From: Moniliella sp. 'wahieum'
Lineage: Eukaryota
Reading direction: 5' to 3'
Length of the DNA: 64,000 bases
Assembly (NCBI GenBank): GCA_003971905.1
Contig: RSEE01000011.1
Location: 1 to 64,000, forward strand
The position numbers and the translations under genes were made by a program. The stretch's first letter is position 1, and each line of letters opens with the position of its first letter. Positions 1 to 12,720 of the stretch are shown piece by piece. Below the pieces are notes generated by a model that was given only the letters and a program-made list of their open reading frames with translations, searched no databases and was not told where the DNA came from.

Positions 1-473
1 CGGAACTAGCGGAGCTAGCTGCTGGATGAAGTGGCTGGGAGCGCCAGAGTCCGGCTATGCTCTGGCACACTGCACTAGTGTCCCAACACATGCCAGTGGC
101 GTGTCCGAGATGCCACCCCACTTCAACAGCTTCAACAGGCATATGGCGGCTAGCGGTTTAATTACCCGTGACGCGCGAGTGATGTGGGCCGGATCGGCCT
201 CGGCACTTCGCGCGAGGTGGGGAGTGTGATACACGCGTCACTGCCCCCGGCTCCGCGGCTGCCTGACTGGAGAATCACCCACTGTGATGAAAATCGTTGC
301 GTGACATATTGTAACATCCAAATCAGGTAGGTTAGATTATCTTCTCAACCGAGCGCCTTGATTGCGCACAACTCTGACTGGGTTACTTGGCTTCTCCTTC
401 ACCACCAACCTCCTTTGCTTCCTCTGGTGAGGAACCCCATTGGCAGCACACCCTTCCATTGTGGCCGGTCCGC

Positions 474-2712
474 ATGCCCTTATCTCTGTACGTTTTGCCT
501 CCCTCCATCGCCCATGTCCAACAGTGATGGTAGTGGCTGACTGAACTTGCTCGTTCAGGATAATCCATACAGCGAGAGTACCTCCCTCTTGGAGACGATT
601 CCTCGAAGAGGCGACTCCCCTGGGGGAGTTGCCCCAGTGGAAGGGTTGCACGCTGCAATGGCTCGGTACCGGATGCCGGGCCAACTGGATGATTCCGACA
701 ACGAGTTGCAGTACGTGTCGCCTTGTGGGGACGATACAGAATCCGATTCCGATTTTTCGCTGGCCGGAACATCTCCTACCGGATTCTCTGGGTCGGTCGC
801 GTCCCACGCAACGATGCGTACTGAGCTACTACTCCCGATTCGGCCACCCACTCCCTCCCGAAGGCCGATTTGTACCCCACCACCCAAGCTCCCTAAGCGC
901 AAGTGGGCCACCTTAGCCCCGTCTCCAAAGACAGTTCGAATGCTGTCTCACCAGCCGTGGACCCGGTGCTTTCTCTCGGTCTAGTTGGAATGGACAAGGG
1001 TCCAGTTACTCTTCCATCGCATTCTACTCCCTGCTCGGTGCTGGCGGAGAAAATTGGTCGGTCGCTCCTACTCACACAGGTGCGACGCCCAACGAGGGGA
1101 GATGGTACTGAACGAAGACGATGGCGAGGAAGAGTCCAAGTTTCGCGTCTAGAGCAGAGCCTCAATTTGCTGTTTGTAGATGGCGACGACGCGAGCTCTG
1201 ACATGAGCCAGCCGGCCACAGTGGAGCACCGCCCCGTGCTTGGCTCTTTCGGCTCAGAGAAAATCGTTGTCGTCTTCCGCAGCCCGGTTCTGCCCGATGC
1301 TCAGACCGCCTCGGTGGCCAAGTTGACTCCCCTTCAATGGGGGACACCCTGATATCTCTTGATGCTAAGGACGAGGCAGTTGAAAGTACCAAACGGCTGT
1401 ACTCATGTCCCCGCTTCAGGCCAACAGGCTGCTTGGTTTCCAACCTGAAGTGGATGTGGTGGTAGCTACTGTCGAAGATGCGAACGAGGCGGCCCTTCGT
1501 GCATTGTGCTCGCCTGGTGTGGAAGACTTGGATTTCAAGTCGGCCCCTCCGCTTGAGCCTGCCATGTCTCCCCAGCCGACCTCCGACACTGACCTTACCG
1601 ACTTTTCCTTCCTCTGCGATGTGATGGAACGCGACCACGGCCGATGACAGTATGTTCTCTGCTGTCACACATCAAGATGATGCGTCAATGACTGGGGATG
1701 TGAGTCTAAACTTTGGCCCCACTGCTGCGTCGGCAAGCCAGTCTGGCCACTCGGTGCTCTCTCGTCCGCGACCGAGAACGTACCGAACAAACCGGAAAAA
1801 TGCACCGTTTGCCAATTCGGATGTACCGGTGGTGGTCCCCAAGCGGACGGCGACAATGAAGCCTGCAGCCACGGCGCCTTGCATGTCGCCTCCCAAGAAC
1901 CCTCCCCCTCCGGTTGCCAAGTCTGATCCCAGCAAGCAAACACGCTTCCACCTGCCCATTCGTTCACAGAGCATCCGCCGAACAAGCGAAAGGCGCAAGT
2001 GGACCGTTTCCTACATTGACTCAACCGCCCGTGGCGTACCCCATTCGCCACCGCGGCCAGGTACTGTACTGGATCGTGCCCGTTTCGATGCCAAGCCCCG
2101 AAGAAGAAGAACAATGTCTCCTCCTCTCCCCTGCAACGGATGAGGTGAGCTCTTCGCGCGAACGCTACCCAACTCTCACGACCCTAATTCCTAGCTACGT
2201 CGAGCCTGCCAAAACCTCCGCTGAGGCTGAGGAGGCCAACAAGAGCACCCGGGGCCCGGCCAAACATACGAGCCCACAGCCTGTGTCCAAGCAAGCCTCG
2301 ACTTACTGGTCAACATCAAGCAGGGCAATTCCAAGGCCCAACCCCTGACCAAGAAGAATGACAAGAAGGATGACTCCAAAAGGGGGGGTCGAAAGAGACG
2401 GCTCGCAGTAGTACTACTGAGACAGAAGATCGGCTGAGCACGCTGCGGGAAGCGATTGCGTTGGCCCAGGAAGAAGTCGGCCGTCTTGAAGCGGCAGAGA
2501 GGGCCATGGGTCGGAGCCATGGCCACAAGGGAAGCAGTTTCTTATCGAGTCTAACGCCCAAGTCGCGTAGTAAACCAGCGGCCTCCAAGGAGACAAGCAG
2601 CTGGGGCTCCCGACCGCGCCCAAAGGGTCATCCAAGACCAAGGACAAAGCCAAGACCAAGACCCCGCTCTACTATTCGGGCACTGTCTACGCTCTTCCTG
2701 CCTGAGCTATGA
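474..2712 (+). CDS. Hypothetical low-complexity Ser/Pro-rich protein, fragmented by frameshifts; boundaries uncertain
   Basis: Chain of overlapping + strand ORFs (547-984, 903-1352, 1405-1647, 1652-2143, 1914-2348, 2461-2712). Intron-like signals at 488-558 (GTACGT...GCTGAC...CAG). No recognisable domain. Confidence 0.4.
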
Positions 2713-3136
2713 AGGACATGTGGATGTGTTTTTGATGGGCGAGTGCACGGTTCACGCAGCAGCAGCTATTAACATCTGTGCGAAAACGACGATGCTTGTG
2801 GATACCTACCGACCCGACGAGTGCAGATCCGATTTTATGTGTGTGTAAATGCATGAATATCTTCCGCGTGTGCTGGGCCTTTCAAAAGATCCATGTGTGA
2901 GTAGAATGGGTTGGTGACGTTGGTGTGGCGGGGGGGGGGGGCAGCGCCAAACACTGTTAGATACGCGAGCTGGGGGGCAGATGGTGGGCAAACAACAAGC
3001 TCTGCTGTCCTTCCTGTCCCTAATGAGCAATTGAACGATGCAAGCCACGCGACATATGGGGGTGCCTAAACACTGCGCCGGCATTTGCAATTTGAAATTG
3101 AGTCCCCGGCCGATGGTGCTGCAGGCCGCGATCGGG

Positions 3137-3916
3137 ATGGATGCCGCATCGCCACCATGGCCCGGACAAGGAAAGCAGTCGTCGCCGCCGTCGCCCCAGC
3201 CCACGGCGGAAGCCTCCTTGCCCCCGTCCGACCCCTCGCCTCCCACCTCATCCGATCCCCCCCCTGCGCCCACGCGCACCCTTGCCGATCGGCGAGCGGC
3301 TCTCGAGAGGCTGAAGGTGGCCAAGGGCAAGGCCGGCCGGGCCAATGCGAAAGCACTGGCCGCGTCCGAGTCCGGATCCAAGAAGGCGCCCATGGGCAGG
3401 ATGAACGAGCACAAGGCACGTAAATTGGAGGCAGCTCAGAACGAGCTGGACGCCTCGAAGCTGAGGCGCGTGGGGAAGATGCTAGCCGGTTGGCCCATTG
3501 GAACTACTCGGTCGAAGAGACGGAGCGCTGGAACGCCAAGATGGACGTCAAGGCTGCCGTGCAAGATCAAGGCGCAGTGGATCACGGTACGGCAGCAGAG
3601 CGGGCGTATGCGCGAAAGGTGCGCGCGCTCCCTTCACAATCCAAGTCCATTGCCAAGAAGGATGAGCAGGATAAGGAGGCTGAGGAGGGGTACGGCTCGC
3701 ATGCACCTTCTGCTGACGCAGTGGATGCTGTCGTGGAGCACATGACTGCAGAGGCAGCCAACCGGGCCTCCCGCAGCCGCAAGCGTGCTGCAGACCCCGA
3801 GGCCGAAGTCACTTACATCAACGAACGCAACCGTCAGTTCAACGACCGCGTCGCCCGATTCTACGATCGCTACACCAAGGAAATCCGGGATAATTGAACG
3901 CGGCACCGCACTTTGA
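3137..3916 (+). CDS. SYF2: Pre-mRNA splicing factor SYF2 (frameshifted in this assembly)
   Basis: SYF2 family motifs W-x-YS-x-EE-x-ERW, AAERAY and C-terminal VTYINERNRQFNDRVARFYDRYTKEIRDN(x)ERGTAL-stop. Confidence 0.9.
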
Positions 3917-4964
3917 ACATTCATCTCACTCTCTATGTGCTTCGTACTTCTACTTCCCACATGATCGATAGGAATCCACAGCTAGAGCACTAGATTCAAC
4001 GTCATGTTTGGGTGGGAACTGACGGGCTTGGGGAATGTTTCACTAGAGGGGCCCTTAGGCCTTAATCGAGGCCACAGCTTTGTGAGGCAACCCGGCATGA
4101 AGGGAAATAGTCCCTTGCAGATTAACCCAGAGATAATTTCGTCCACAAGCCCATCAGTCAGGTAGGGGGATGTGTTTTGAGATAGAGATTGCGAAGCGGA
4201 GCCAGGCCACAAAGATGAAGCTGAGGAGGAGGAGGAGATGGCCAGCATCGATAAAGTGGAGAGAAGGACTGGTTTTCAAAACAACAGATGTAGCCCGGGT
4301 ATGCTAAAACCAAAACAAGAACCAGTCGGGAGCTGAACGAGTGTGTGGGGAGCGCCAGACCGTAGAGGGGAAGGGGCAAGGTATGTTATCCCCCGGTTGA
4401 CTGTTGCAGACCAGTGTGCGATAATGGTTTGATAGTTTTGTACCCGGCCATTGTGGTGGATGTGGAGGCATGCGCAAGATACAAGTACCTCTTAAAAGGT
4501 TACGACGAGGCGGAACACAGCCATGGCGACTATACGAAGGAGGGGAAGCAGTCCACGCTGCGAAACCGGAAAGTAGACGGAGATATGAAATGAGGTGCAC
4601 GGCTCATGAAGCTGTGTGTTCCTCATAGTGAGAACATGAACGATCCGGGTTGGAAGAGAATAGAACGTAGTCCATAGCGCTGAATATGCAGAGAGCAGTA
4701 GTTCAACAGCATGGCCTTTGTGTCGGGTGACACAATGTGATAGGAGCGGTGGTGCTGGTCCACAGACGGCGAAGGGAAAAAAGGAAGAGGGGAGGATCCA
4801 GCCCTGGCATCGAGGATGAGAACATAAAAACGACGGAACATATCCCTGTTCGTTGGGGGAGAACCTGAGAAAGCAAATGAATAACGAGCTACTCGCACGA
4901 GATGGGATGGAGAAGTAGTCAAGCCCCGCCCGATAGGCGACGCGAACATGAGCTCTGCTTAGTA

Positions 4965-6165
4965 TTATGCAGCACAGCCACATGTGAGGAACCTGAGGAC
5001 GCCTGGCGACTTGGGCTGTGTCTCGGCTGCAGCCAATTCTCCAAGGGGAAGAGCTGATACGTGAGCCATCATCCCACCAGTTAGCTGGGATGGGCCAGGT
5101 GTAGCAGAAGCATGTGGATCCTCCACAATGCTGTCGTGGACGGTAACTTTGCTTGCGGTAAGTGGATTTATTAGCCCAGCAGTGGCCGTAACGGATGAGG
5201 TATCACCGGATGATGGCCACGGGAGCGATGGTCGTGGCCCCACTGATCCTTGACAGGTGTTGTGCGGCAGGGGACTGGCTTTGTGGTGGCTGCGCGGGCG
5301 CAGCAACAGGCAACGCAGCGGGCGTAGGCGACGCAGAGGTGCCAGGGGTATAATGAGACGAGCAAGCATCCCAGCCATGTCCATCATCAAGAAGCATCCA
5401 GTCGTATTGCTGGTCTTTCGCCTCTCCTGGCGCTTGAGCACTTTCCTGAAATGTTCCCGCAAAAAGTCGGAGTTGGGGTCCTCTTCAAAGTCAAGCTTGC
5501 GAACGCAATGGAGGTAGATGGAGAACTCTTCTGGAAAACCATTGCAAAGGCCTTTGATGGGAGTCGTTTGCTTCTCCTTGCAGATCGTTAAGTCCCTGCC
5601 AAGGGAACGCTCCCCGGAGAGGAAGTACATTAATACGTGGCCTAGCGACTCGAGGTCGTCACGGCGCGACTGCTCACGGCCTAAATGGGTGTTGATAGAC
5701 ATGTACCGCGCCGTTCCCGAAAGCGACTTGCGCTCGCGGTAAGGAATGTGCAGCTGTCAGGTTTAATGTCGCGGCGGTATATGAGGTTCTTTTAGTGCAC
5801 GGTCTGCACCCGTGTGATGGTCTGGCAGGTGATCATGCGCACAGTTTTGACGAAAATTTTGCGGCCATGCACACATATCAATCAGGTCGGAGGATGTTAT
5901 ACAGTCCCTCCTGGCCAAAGTAGTAGACCTGGGGCACGCCGAGACAGCCGGACAAGATCTTGCACGAACGGTACTCGTCGCGCAGCTAGGGCGCGCATGG
6001 CTCTTGCGCGGTTCAAACTTAATAGCGAGACGGTCTGGCTGTTGTTAGCAGGTTGGTGCCTTCAAAGATGACGCCAAACGAGCCTTCGCCAATCTTGCGA
6101 CCAACGTGGTAGTGGATCCCAACGACGCTTGACGTGGCGCCGGAATAGCCCGCGTGCGACGTCAT
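4965..6165 (-). pseudogene. Casein kinase I (Yck1/2-Cki1 type) pseudogene
   Basis: Recognisable CK1 blocks: [89 protein letters not shown]-terminal FLTCGC. Stop codons at about 5986-5988 and 5792-5794. Three multi-codon deletions, one removing the DFG segment. Confidence 0.8.
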
Positions 6166-6421
6166 GGAGGGAGAGGATGAAGAGAAAGGGGCTGCGGTAG
6201 TGGTTGAACGTTTAACCTTCAACCTCAACTCAACGCAGTATTCCGCACACAGCGTCCAGATCGAGGGGGGGCGGCCCAGGGCGGCCCGCCAAAACGCGGG
6301 GCGCAACTGCGGAAACATGCATTCCGCTCGCTTTTTTTTCTGCCCTCCCTAGTCGGGCTGTAACCAATCGGGCGGGGTTCCCTGCTTCTCGTCTACCATT
6401 CCCTCGCCTTCAAGCACCGTC

Positions 6422-6866
6422 ATGGCCCCACGAGCAACTCCTGGTACGTCCCATGCATGCTGTCATCATTCATTCCGCTGACGCTGCTGTGTAGACAAGA
6501 TTGGCTTTTGCTCTTTTGCAGTGCGTGCGGGAGCCTTCTCGACATGGTGTCGGACGACGATGTCATCAAATGTGGTGCGTGCGGGACAGGACAAGATGCT
6601 CATGTGTATGATGGGTTAACGGTCGAACCCGATCGCACGCTTCTGCCTTTCCCTCAGTTCTTCGCCAAAAGCGCCAGCTCGTATCTACGGTGCGGGAGGA
6701 TGGAGAGGGCGGAGGGGTGAAAGGCAGCGACAATCAATGAGCGCTGTCCCAAGTGCAACCACCCCGAGTTGATGTTCCACACTCTCCAGCTCCGCTCGGC
6801 CGACGAGGGGTCTACCGTGTTTACGATTGCCCTAACTGCGGGTACTCATTCAGCCAGAACAACTAA
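6422..6866 (+). CDS. RPA12: RNA polymerase I subunit A12 (two zinc ribbons)
   Basis: LFCSACGSLLD...IKCGACG, then ERCPKCNHPELMFHTLQLRSADEGSTVF and a terminal NN-stop. Intron 6444-6494 (GTACGT...GCTGAC...TAG). Confidence 0.92.
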
Positions 6867-8197
6867 ATGCGGGACCTTCTTGCAAAATGTACTTCTAGCG
6901 CCATTCATGCTTATGGATGCAAGTATGGCGAATGAATGGGGGTGGCGCAGTATTGGCTGGGATATAGACCCCAGCTACCATATAAAAACAAAGCGATAAG
7001 GGCGAATGATCATTGACCCGGGGGTCCCTTGCAATGCGCTGGGAATGATCCATGCCCTACTGTTGGCGTTCAATCCATTAGCAGGCGCGGTTGCTTAGTA
7101 TATACATAGCAACAATTGCTGCTATCTCTACTTGTATATCATCTTATCCTGCACAAAGCTAAGGAAGGAACAGGGGAAACGCATCGCGTACCAGGATCGC
7201 CATTGGGGGCGGGTTTTCCACCTTCCGCTCACCGAAGTACTAACCCATGGGGTGGGCGTCGCCAACAAAAGGCTGACATTTGTGGCACCCGTTGCTCGTC
7301 GCTTGGCACTAGTAGGCGTTTCTAACTCGGGTACGGCGGGTGTGAATACAGATGCAACAGGAGCAGCATGCCATCTCCATTGAACGACGCTCTTCCTCTA
7401 GTTCGTTCCTGGCATGGGCATGCATTTGCTGTGGGCAGTCGGTGGCTATGTGGCGAGCACGTTGCCCTGGGCCAACGCGTCAGCGTCTCTGCGTCATGGC
7501 GTCCCGCAGCGGATGTGGCAGCCTGCATAGCCGGACCCAGACCGCGACTGTGCCCCATCATCGGCTCGCAAGGCGCCCAGGCCCGTCTGTCAGCGGCAGC
7601 AAAGGGGCGCACCTGGCGTCAGCACCCCGCGTCCAGCCTCCGCTGCTGGGATTAGCGCGTAGTGCCTAGTACGCCTCGAGGGGAGTGCACTGGAGCGGCG
7701 CATGCAGGCCCACATGCTGGGCTGCCGGTTGCATGCATTGCAAATGCAAGGGCAAGGCATGACATGCATGACAATGCAAGGCAAGGCAAGGCAATGCAAG
7801 GGCAAGCTTGGCACGGCAATGCACCCACACCAGCATCCCTCGTACCCCACATCCGGGGCGGAGCGCTGAGGCTCAGCTGCCAGAACGACGCTCGCAAGCC
7901 AGGCACGGGGGCGGCGGTGCTGCGCAATGGTGCATTGTTGGCTCGGCCGGCCACGCAGCGCCAGGCACTGGGCCAGCCTGGGCCCCCAGGCTGCGGACAG
8001 CGGACGCCGTCACGTCGCGGTTGCCTGCGTCACCAGTCAGCGCGGCCGCCGCCGTCGCCGTCGCCACCCCATCACCGCCGCCGCCAGAGCTGCCACGCCG
8101 CCTCGTCGCCTGCTGCCCGCCCGTGTCTACCGCCAAGCCAATCCCGCGGCTGGTTGCCTCACCCTCTGACGCTTCCCCGGCTGCATCGTCAGGCCCC

Positions 8198-11100
8198 ATG
8201 TCGAGCAGCACTGTGGCGGCCGACGCTCCCTGCACGTTATCCGCCTTTCTCTGACGGCTGTCCTCCGTCTGTCTCCGCCTTCGCTCTTCCCTTTCGCGAA
8301 TCGTCCCCGCCCGATCTGACGCTCAACACACCCTCGCCCACTAGCTCCGCGCTGGTCACGAGCAGCGAAGGTGTCCCCAGCGATCCTGAGCGCGACGCGA
8401 TCCCACCACACCTCAAGCAGCACGCCACCTCTGCTCCGCGTGCCCATGATACGCTCAGCACTCAGACAACGTTCCCGCTTCGTCTGATGCTCTTTCTAAT
8501 GCCGCTCCTGGCATCACCCTAATGCGGCTACTGGCCTACCCCAGGCCTATCAGCCTTGCACCCAGCGGAAAACACGGGACACGACACTATTTTTGACGAA
8601 ATGATTTGCGCGGACAGTGTTGGGTATGTGCCTTTTCTCCATGCCGCCTTCATCTCCTGACCCTTATCCCTTTTTGTTATTTCTGCAGCCCGGCTACATC
8701 GCTCCCTCCCGCCGCATCCCTCGTTCCCGCTGCAGACGCCAGCAATCCCAACTACACCGCTGCAGGGCCGGCGCAAGCTTCCTGGGACCAGCCCCTGCCA
8801 CATCCAGCGTGTCGGCTACGGATCCACGTGACGATGTTTCGGCAGTGGGCTCATCTGCAACAGGGATGAGTTCGTATCCCATGCTTTTCAGAAGCGGGCA
8901 TCCGACGTATCCGCGAACATGTCTCAATTCGGTGCTGGCTCTCACTATAGTCATACCAGCGATGCGGATCTAGGCTACACAGCCAACACCATCGTACGCC
9001 CTCCTCGAGACCAGCTAGACCAGCTGCAAGTCCACGTACATGGCGTTGCGCTCATAGGAGCCAAAGTCGTGTGGAGACACAAATCCGTATGCGCATCGAG
9101 CTTGTTCGCAACAAGATTTACGGTGGTGGAGGTTCCGTTGCTGAAGATGGGGAGGAGCCGGCTCCTGACATGGGGATGGCGTCGAGTCAAGCGTGCAGTA
9201 CTGCCCACGCCCGCTTTGGACCCCCAGAGTTGTGCGCATTGGGAGCTTCACTCACGTCAAGCTGCCTCCAGGAACAGGGACTCGGCGTAAGGGTCGCAAG
9301 TTTAAGGAACCGCAAGTTAATCCCCAAGAGACGTTGTTTCTCGACGCAACCGTTGTTAACGCGACGTCACCACATGATCGTGTCTGTGTGTGAGGGATGC
9401 CAAACGAGAGAGCGCAAACGTATCCTCCGCATGAAGGGACGATCCAAGCGTAATGGAGACACGGCCAAGCCCACAAGTACTGGCGACCGCACTGGCGACA
9501 CGGGCAATGTTGAAGGTGTGGACGGCGACCGCAAAAATGGGCTGGAGTCAGAGGAAGCCCCCACTGTGGAGGAGATGCAAGCGTTTGGCATTGACCCTTC
9601 ACTACCCAACGCAGTGGATCTAGCTTTGCGTGTGCGGGGAGGAGCAGCGAGCAAGAGAGGCGTGGTCGTGTTAACACAGGCGACTATGTCGAGTTTCACA
9701 ATGGCGAAGCTGTTCTCCCGACTCGTATCACCTGCTACTGCCGTCACCACAGGAGAAGATGGCTTTTGCATCATCTTCACCCTACGGGACTGGACTGGGC
9801 AGCTGTTAGCTACGGGGACCACTCCACCCATCATGATCACCGACGATCATAAAACTTCACAAGGCCCTCAAGCTCAAGCCCATATGCAAGCTCAGGCCGA
9901 TGCTCTCGCCGAGGTACTCGCCCAAGCCCGTGCTAATAGGGCGGCTAGCCTTCGCGCGCAAGGGATCACCTCGCCTCCGGCCCCCCTCTTTGGATCACGA
10001 GCTTCGACGAACCTTCCGTATCGCCTCATACAATGCCGTGTGGTTTGGATGCGGCGGGCACCATCCCAGCCCAGAACAGCCCTGCTGGCCGCGTATTGAA
10101 AGAGCGGCGCAAGAGCTCCAATTCGCGGTCAAACCCATATGCCCGTCGCCTTAGCTGCATCTTCGTCCCAGACGATGGGTTCTGCTAGCGCACGCCCATC
10201 ACACCGGCAATCTTTCGCCACTCTCGGAACTGGAGTACGCCATGTCCTGGCGTCAAACGATGGGACTCCACCGACATTGACCCACGCATGTCAATCACTT
10301 TGCTGTTTCCTTCAACCACCCGATGCGTGTCCGTTCGGCAAGAGTGTGGTTAGCTCTGTTTCTGCAAACGAAGCGCAGCAGGTTGCTTCACCTGCCTCGA
10401 GTCATGGCACCAGTGCCAACGGGTCCGATGCCCCTCTCCGCGCTTCAATCTGGCTTGGCGCCAGATACACTTCAGCTTTGCCCGATCCTGGAAATCTGTC
10501 ATCATTGAGCCCCAATGCAGGCAATCCTTCGGCCTATACGGATTCGTCTATGCTGCTTCAAGCGTATGCGTTTGCTCGGTCTCAAGCGGAAGCAACGTTT
10601 GGGAACAGCCCTATGTTCTTTAACGGCCAAGGCCAGCCCAACCCTCATGTCTATGCCGCCATGTTATCTGCTATGCAGTCGCTGCGCAATGAGCAGCAGA
10701 CCGACGCTCCAGGGGCAAACACTCTTTGGCTTTTCCTATGTGGTCCCGGCGCTCCCCCAGCCCCTCTAGTGCTGGGCCAGCACGGCGGTTTGGTTGATGG
10801 TGGCGATGGACACTTCGGCAGGTCAACCGCAGACACTCTGCATTACAGACTTCGAATGAGGAAAGCACGCTCTTGCTGTGCTAAGATCGCCCAGCTCATT
10901 CCGTTTGAGGGCCCTACTACGGGAGGGATTGAGGTTTACTGTTGGGGGAGAATTTTGTGAAGGAATCAGCGCCGTTTTGGAGATTATCCGGCCATCTCCA
11001 CCAAAGTGTGGGCGAAGAATACCTTGGTTTGTGTCTTCCCCCAGAGTCCGCTCCTGGCCCAGTGATCGTCAGTCCGTCTGCCTCATTCACCCATCCATTC

Positions 11101-12720
11101 CGAAACCGAGGAAACAACCCCCTTGGCTTCTTACATACGTCGAACAAGCGGACCGTTCCCTGATGGAGCTCGCTCTGCAGGTTGTGGGACTCAAGATGAC
11201 CGGCCAAATGCACTCAGCGCGCGACGTTGCCATGCGCGTTGTCGGGACCGGCGCCGATACCTCAGCGGGGTGGGGCGGGATCCAGGGGTCGGGGCCAGAA
11301 GGGCAGCAACACTCCACCGGTGGTGTTGCCTCACAGTTCACTTTGCTTGCGCGTGACGGTACTACAGGAAGCTCGTCCAACCTGTCCAATTACAGGACTC
11401 GCTGTTGTCATTGCTGGCCATGTCAGATGAGCAGATCCCTATCTCGCATTCACAAGAAGTGGTAGAGGAACGTGGCGCGCATGGGTCTGCCGTGCTCGCC
11501 TGCCTCCTCATGCACGAAGCCGAGCCGTTTTAGCTTGGCAAATCAAGCGGGGCAGACGCTCCTCCACTTGGCCGTCGTCCTCGGGTTCGCGCAATTGGTG
11601 GACGACCTGCTACGTCGCGGTGCCCCAGTAAACGCCCAAGATCGATGTGGACTAACGCCATTACATTTTGCCGCCATGCATGGACGCACAAGCATTGCTC
11701 GTCGACTGTTGTCCAACTTTGCTAACCCATTCGCGCGGACTCGGACAGGGCTCGCGCCCCTGGAGCTTGCTCGCACTAGCAAGCAGGACGAGATGGTTGC
11801 TCTCCTCCAGACCCATTTCGCCGACCTTGCTTCTTCGCCGTTAACAAGCCTGGTGAACGCTCGAGACGAATCTTGGGTTGGTCCGAGGATGACTTTGGCG
11901 CGGAAGGTGAGAACAATTTGGCTGATTCATGCCAAGGCAGCTATTGCCGCTCCCCGTTCTCGATGCACTTCGGTTGATGAGGACAATCTTCTTCTTGCAG
12001 TGTGTCCGAGTCCCAACCCGACTCGTGTCGAGCCTCTCCCGAAGTGTCTGCACCAGTGATCCACTCGGACCAGAAAGCGGAGAAGTCATCCTCGGCATCG
12101 AAAAAATCTGGGCGAGCGTCAGAGACAACACGGGAGAAGGCGTCATTGGAAAAGTCCATCGTCCGAAAAGAGGCCTTCAGTGTCCGAAGAGAAGAAAGCG
12201 TTGGCAGCCAGGTTGGAGATGGTGGCCCTGAGAACCCACGACGCAAGTTTGGCCTGTCCAAGCTGCAACAATTCCTTTCCCCGCCGCCTTCACTGCTACG
12301 CCTATTTCGGTCTTCCACGTGGGTCTTTCCTCCAACGAACAGGTCTTGGCCTCTGCGGAGGAAGGGAATAAAGCGGCTGCACCTTCCAATGCGACACAGG
12401 CTGATCCCTCGGGTTCGTTGCAGCACTCTCGCAGGAGAAGCTCGTCTGGATGTCTGGGGGGAACTCGATTCGCAAGCGTGGCTCCAGGAGCAAGCGAAGG
12501 ACGATGGCCGGGATGGAGCTGTGATGGTCGTGGCTTCGAACGGGGGTGCCAAGGGGCGGCGCGCCCCCCCTGGTGGGAGGACCGGATGCTGCTGTTCTTC
12601 TGGTTGCCAGCTCTGTTTGTGGCCCTCGTGGTCTTCCTGTTGATCTCGATCGGACCCTTGCAGCACCTGCACGATGCGATGCGCAAAGGCAACTGTTCAA
12701 GCTGTATCCTGACGAACGTC
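8198..12720 (+). CDS. Spt23/Mga2-family ER-tethered transcription factor (DNA-binding region, IPT/TIG, ankyrin repeats, C-terminal TM helix); boundaries approximate
   Basis: GAKSRVETQIRMRIEL (about 9060), TTPPIMITDDHKT (about 9820), IPT start IAQLIPFEGPTTGGIEV (about 10890), LMELALQVVGLKMTG, ankyrin repeats GQTLLHLA...GLTPLHFAAMHG (11545-11800), hydrophobic tail DRMLLFFWLPALFVALVVFLLI (about 12580-12650). Confidence 0.88.

Noticed and set aside
3982..4983. Minus-strand ORFs downstream of the CK1 pseudogene
   Set aside because: Pyrimidine-rich UTR-like sequence with no homology signal; may be a co-duplicated 3' flank.
7662..8522. 286-aa ORF upstream of the Mga2-like gene
   Set aside because: Its first half translates GCAAG/GCATG simple repeats and GC-rich promoter sequence; most likely spurious.
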